Origin: Botryllus schlosseri
Taxonomy: Eukaryota
Assembly: GCA_051294905.1 (NCBI GenBank)
Contig: CM119376.1
Span: forward strand, 21,886,001 to 21,950,000
Direction of reading: 5' to 3'
Length of the DNA stretch: 64,000 bases
Shown here: piece by piece, positions 61,041 through 64,000 of the stretch
Position numbering within the stretch: the first letter of the stretch is position 1
Layout: every line of letters starts with the position of its first letter
The notes under the pieces: generated by a model
What the model was told of the DNA's origin: nothing
Databases searched by the model: none
Seen by the model: the letters and a program-made list of their open reading frames with translations, nothing else
Translations under genes and position numbers: made by a program

Positions 61041-62740
61041 TGCAAAGAATCATTGCCTTCGAATCTACACATGAGCTTATCAGTCTCTTCCAATACTTGA
61101 CCATCTGAGTCATTGCATTGGCCCTAATTTAACTTTGCTTCGATTATTTGCTTGTATAAATGGAAAGTCTTGAGTACTTTGATTGCGGAGGATTTATTAT
61201 CTCTTCATCACTGGATGATTTCGTACAATGCATTGCATTGCATGCATTGCATTGCCTGTTGCTTTTTACGGCGGCATATCTGATATCAGACGAGTGCAAC
61301 GAAAGCAGTGATGACGAATAGCGATGTCGGCAGAATTCGTCAGGTGCGTTGATCTAACAATTACGAGTTGCAAATTTCTTCGTCTTCAAGTCATATCAAA
61401 TAAGCCGAGTCAATGACTTGGGCCGAGTCATGCGTAATGACTCGAGTACAAGTCGAGTCAATCCAAATATTGACTCGAATTGAGTCGAGTCATTTTCCCG
61501 TTTCAAGAAAGTGATTCGAGTCAAGTCGAGTCACAAAAAATCGTGACTCGAGTCTGACTCGAGTTATTACAACCCTGCATTGCGCCATACCCATAACGAA
61601 TTAAACTATGCAGTCTGCACATTGCACAATGCACATGTACAAGTTTACGAAACAGATGATTACAAATTGGAAATCGCATACCAAATCAGAAGTCTCCAAC
61701 ATAAAATACCATGGGGTTTCGGGCTAGGCCTACTCATCTGCCATCCCTTATTTACGCTAGAAAATCGTTACTGGAGTGAATGACGATGATGCGCAGTAAT
61801 GAATTCCAATTAGCATGTATACTCAATAACACTTTCCAATTTCGCGGATCGATTGAAGAACTATCACGAAGGAACGAGTATTTGCTCATCCGATTCATAG
61901 CAACGATGAGATGGAATTTCTCGGCCCGTGCTCGTCATATCGACATGTGCCACGAAATCACGTTTTTATCCTCTGTCCCATTTCGCGTAACACATAGTGA
62001 TCATTATTTTCGAACCGTATACAATTGGCCAACAAAGTTGTGCTGATGATGAAATTCCGGGTATGCCGAATATTCACAACATTCACAGGCATATTTCGAA
62101 TACCGAGGTTCGGTACTCATGTATGAAAATTGAACATACGACTGCTCTACTGTTAAATCCCCAGGAACAGGGTTAGTCGGAAAAGGTAGCGCCAAAGAAG
62201 CAAAGATTTTTAATTCGCGAAGTTCTGCTGTTGAATTATGTGAAATCAGCAGTTATGGTTGTTGCATATATAATAGCATCTTATGAAATACGTCGGAGCC
62301 GGAGCTACCCCTCAAATAACTGGCTCCAGCTCCGGCTGAATTCTATGTAGAGCTCCGGTAAAAATACACGATTATGGGGCTCCGGCTCCAAAGCCCTGCT
62401 TCCAGGGCCGCGAGCTGGTGGAAATCGTACAGGCTCGGGTGGCTGAAAGGATTTGAAGCCCCCCGTAAGTTGGGTATTATCACCCAGTGGGGGTACAAGA
62501 CCAACGTTTTTTTAGGGGCGGGCTGACGAAGTGCTGTTACAGTCCTGGTGGGGAATGAAGGCTCGGAATAAATCTGAAGTGGCGAATGAAGACAAAAAGG
62601 TTGGGAACTACTGTATTATAGGGAGCAGAGCGCCACAATACCAAAAATCGTATCACGAAATATGACGTCACTGGCATAACTAGAATATGAACGGGGCCAC
62701 GAGTAAAAGTATAGCCTATATTGCAGTATGGCAAAGCATT

Positions 62741-63959
62741 CAGAGGTGGTCAAAGTCAAAGATATAGCTACTCAAGTAGAAGTAAAATGTAGGACACAAA
62801 AATCTACTCAAACACGAGTATAGAATTAGTCCTATTAAAACTACTTGAAGTAGAATTGACTGACTTTAAATCTACTCAAGTAAGTAACTAGTTTCGAAAA
62901 CGGTCATGATACGTTCGCATGGACCTTCAAAAAAGCTGCAAATTCAGCTATGCGAAAATGTATATAGAGCGCATGATTTATATTGATGTATCCGAGGAGG
63001 TATCAATTTTCGACAGAATAAGCATTTATCCGCATTCTGGGATGCAAATGATAGCATCGATACGGAAATACGTTACTAATCCTTTGTTTACTCGAACACC
63101 CGTTTTAGAAATATAATGGCATCACGCCCGCCCCCATATTTTAAGGCCCGTAGTCTAGTCGAAGCGCAATACGGAGAAGTTGTATCGGATACGATGTTAA
63201 CATTTTGTGCGATTAGTAGGCCTATACGTTTATAAAAATATGGAGGGTCGTAAAAATGCCATATTGTGTGGTTTTATTTTCGGAAAATAGAGGCAATAAG
63301 TATATGATATTGGGAGTTGAATGAGAAATACAAATACTACTTCTAAAAAAGTGGAAAATATATTCCATGTCTTTTGCCCAGAAAGTTTCAACGGTGGTCT
63401 GCTAAAACAGGCCTAAAGCTCAAAAAAGTCAGAGTCCACATTCCCAAATTAGGACACGCCATAGGCTGCTAGACTGCAATATGATAATTGCTACATTGCG
63501 AAATGCTATTTTCAAACGTTATGATGGGCCAAAGCCTATATATTTACTGTGATGAAATAATTCATATGGGCGACAATGCGGTGTAAGCGGAACAACACAA
63601 CCCACTACCTAAATTATATCCACCGTTACTTTCGTGAAAACATATTTGACACTCCATATCTACTGCGGGCGAAGCGCGACGAAAATTCTGAGCTTTACTC
63701 AACTTTCATGAAAATTAAATGTTGGTAGGCCTACTCCGTTAAGACAGTCCCGACATTCCTTCTAAAGGCTATCTTTCTGATTGGAAGATTTAACTACTTC
63801 TACTTGACAAACGGAAAATAGCGAAAAGTAATAAGTAGATCACAAAATACTATGAAGTGGAAATAGCGGGAAATTATATCTACTCAAGTTCCTCTAGTGG
63901 AAAACTACTTGAGTACTTCGAAAAAGTAGAAGTACTTCATGAATGATTGACCACCTCTG
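62741..63959. mobile_element. hAT element of the CAGAGGTGGTCA family
   Basis: TIRs CAGAGGTGGTCAA / TTGACCACCTCTG; TSD AAAGCATT / GTAGCACT (5 of 8); same GAAGTA/TACTTC repeats as 18901-19106. Confidence 0.75.
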
Positions 63960-64000
63960 GTAGCACTGCACATAATAGTATACTTTCATTAGCCATTTTG

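Larger units (their letters stand above)
39843..61577 (-). mobile_element. GACTCGAGTC-array hAT element expanded to 21.7 kb by nested insertions
   Basis: TIRs CAGGGCAGTAA / TTACAACCCTG (9 of 11); perfect TSD CATTGCGC at 39835-39842 and 61578-61585; arrays at both ends; transposase relic at 60858-61040. Confidence 0.88.

Overview
Animal (probably invertebrate) nuclear DNA dominated by nested transposable elements; the species cannot be fixed from sequence alone. One host gene is supported: a three-exon PMP22/EMP/claudin-superfamily tetraspan gene on + (16491-21981, about 176 aa). Two very large insertion stacks can be reconstructed from matching target-site duplications (TSDs). Stack 1 is a hAT MITE (23547-36157, TSD CTATAGCA) holding an internally deleted Gypsy element, a long-TIR CCATAG-ended element and a full-length I-clade LINE (28823-35781, 12-bp TSD). 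Stack 2 is a hAT element (39843-61577, TSD CATTGCGC) holding a second full-length I-clade LINE (40639-60324, 12-bp TSD). That LINE's ORF2 is split in frame by a 12,921-bp insert (45038-57958) with an exact 8-bp direct repeat (GAAAATTA), no TIRs, no LTRs and no transposase I can recognise. The insert carries a decayed gag-aspartic-protease frame fused to non-RT sequence and is the best candidate for an undescribed mobile element. Many small hAT MITEs with 8-bp TSDs, CR1/L2-group 3' fragments and one tRNA-SINE-like repeat fill the rest. No rRNA, tRNA gene or CRISPR array was found. All boundaries were read by eye; no database searches were run.
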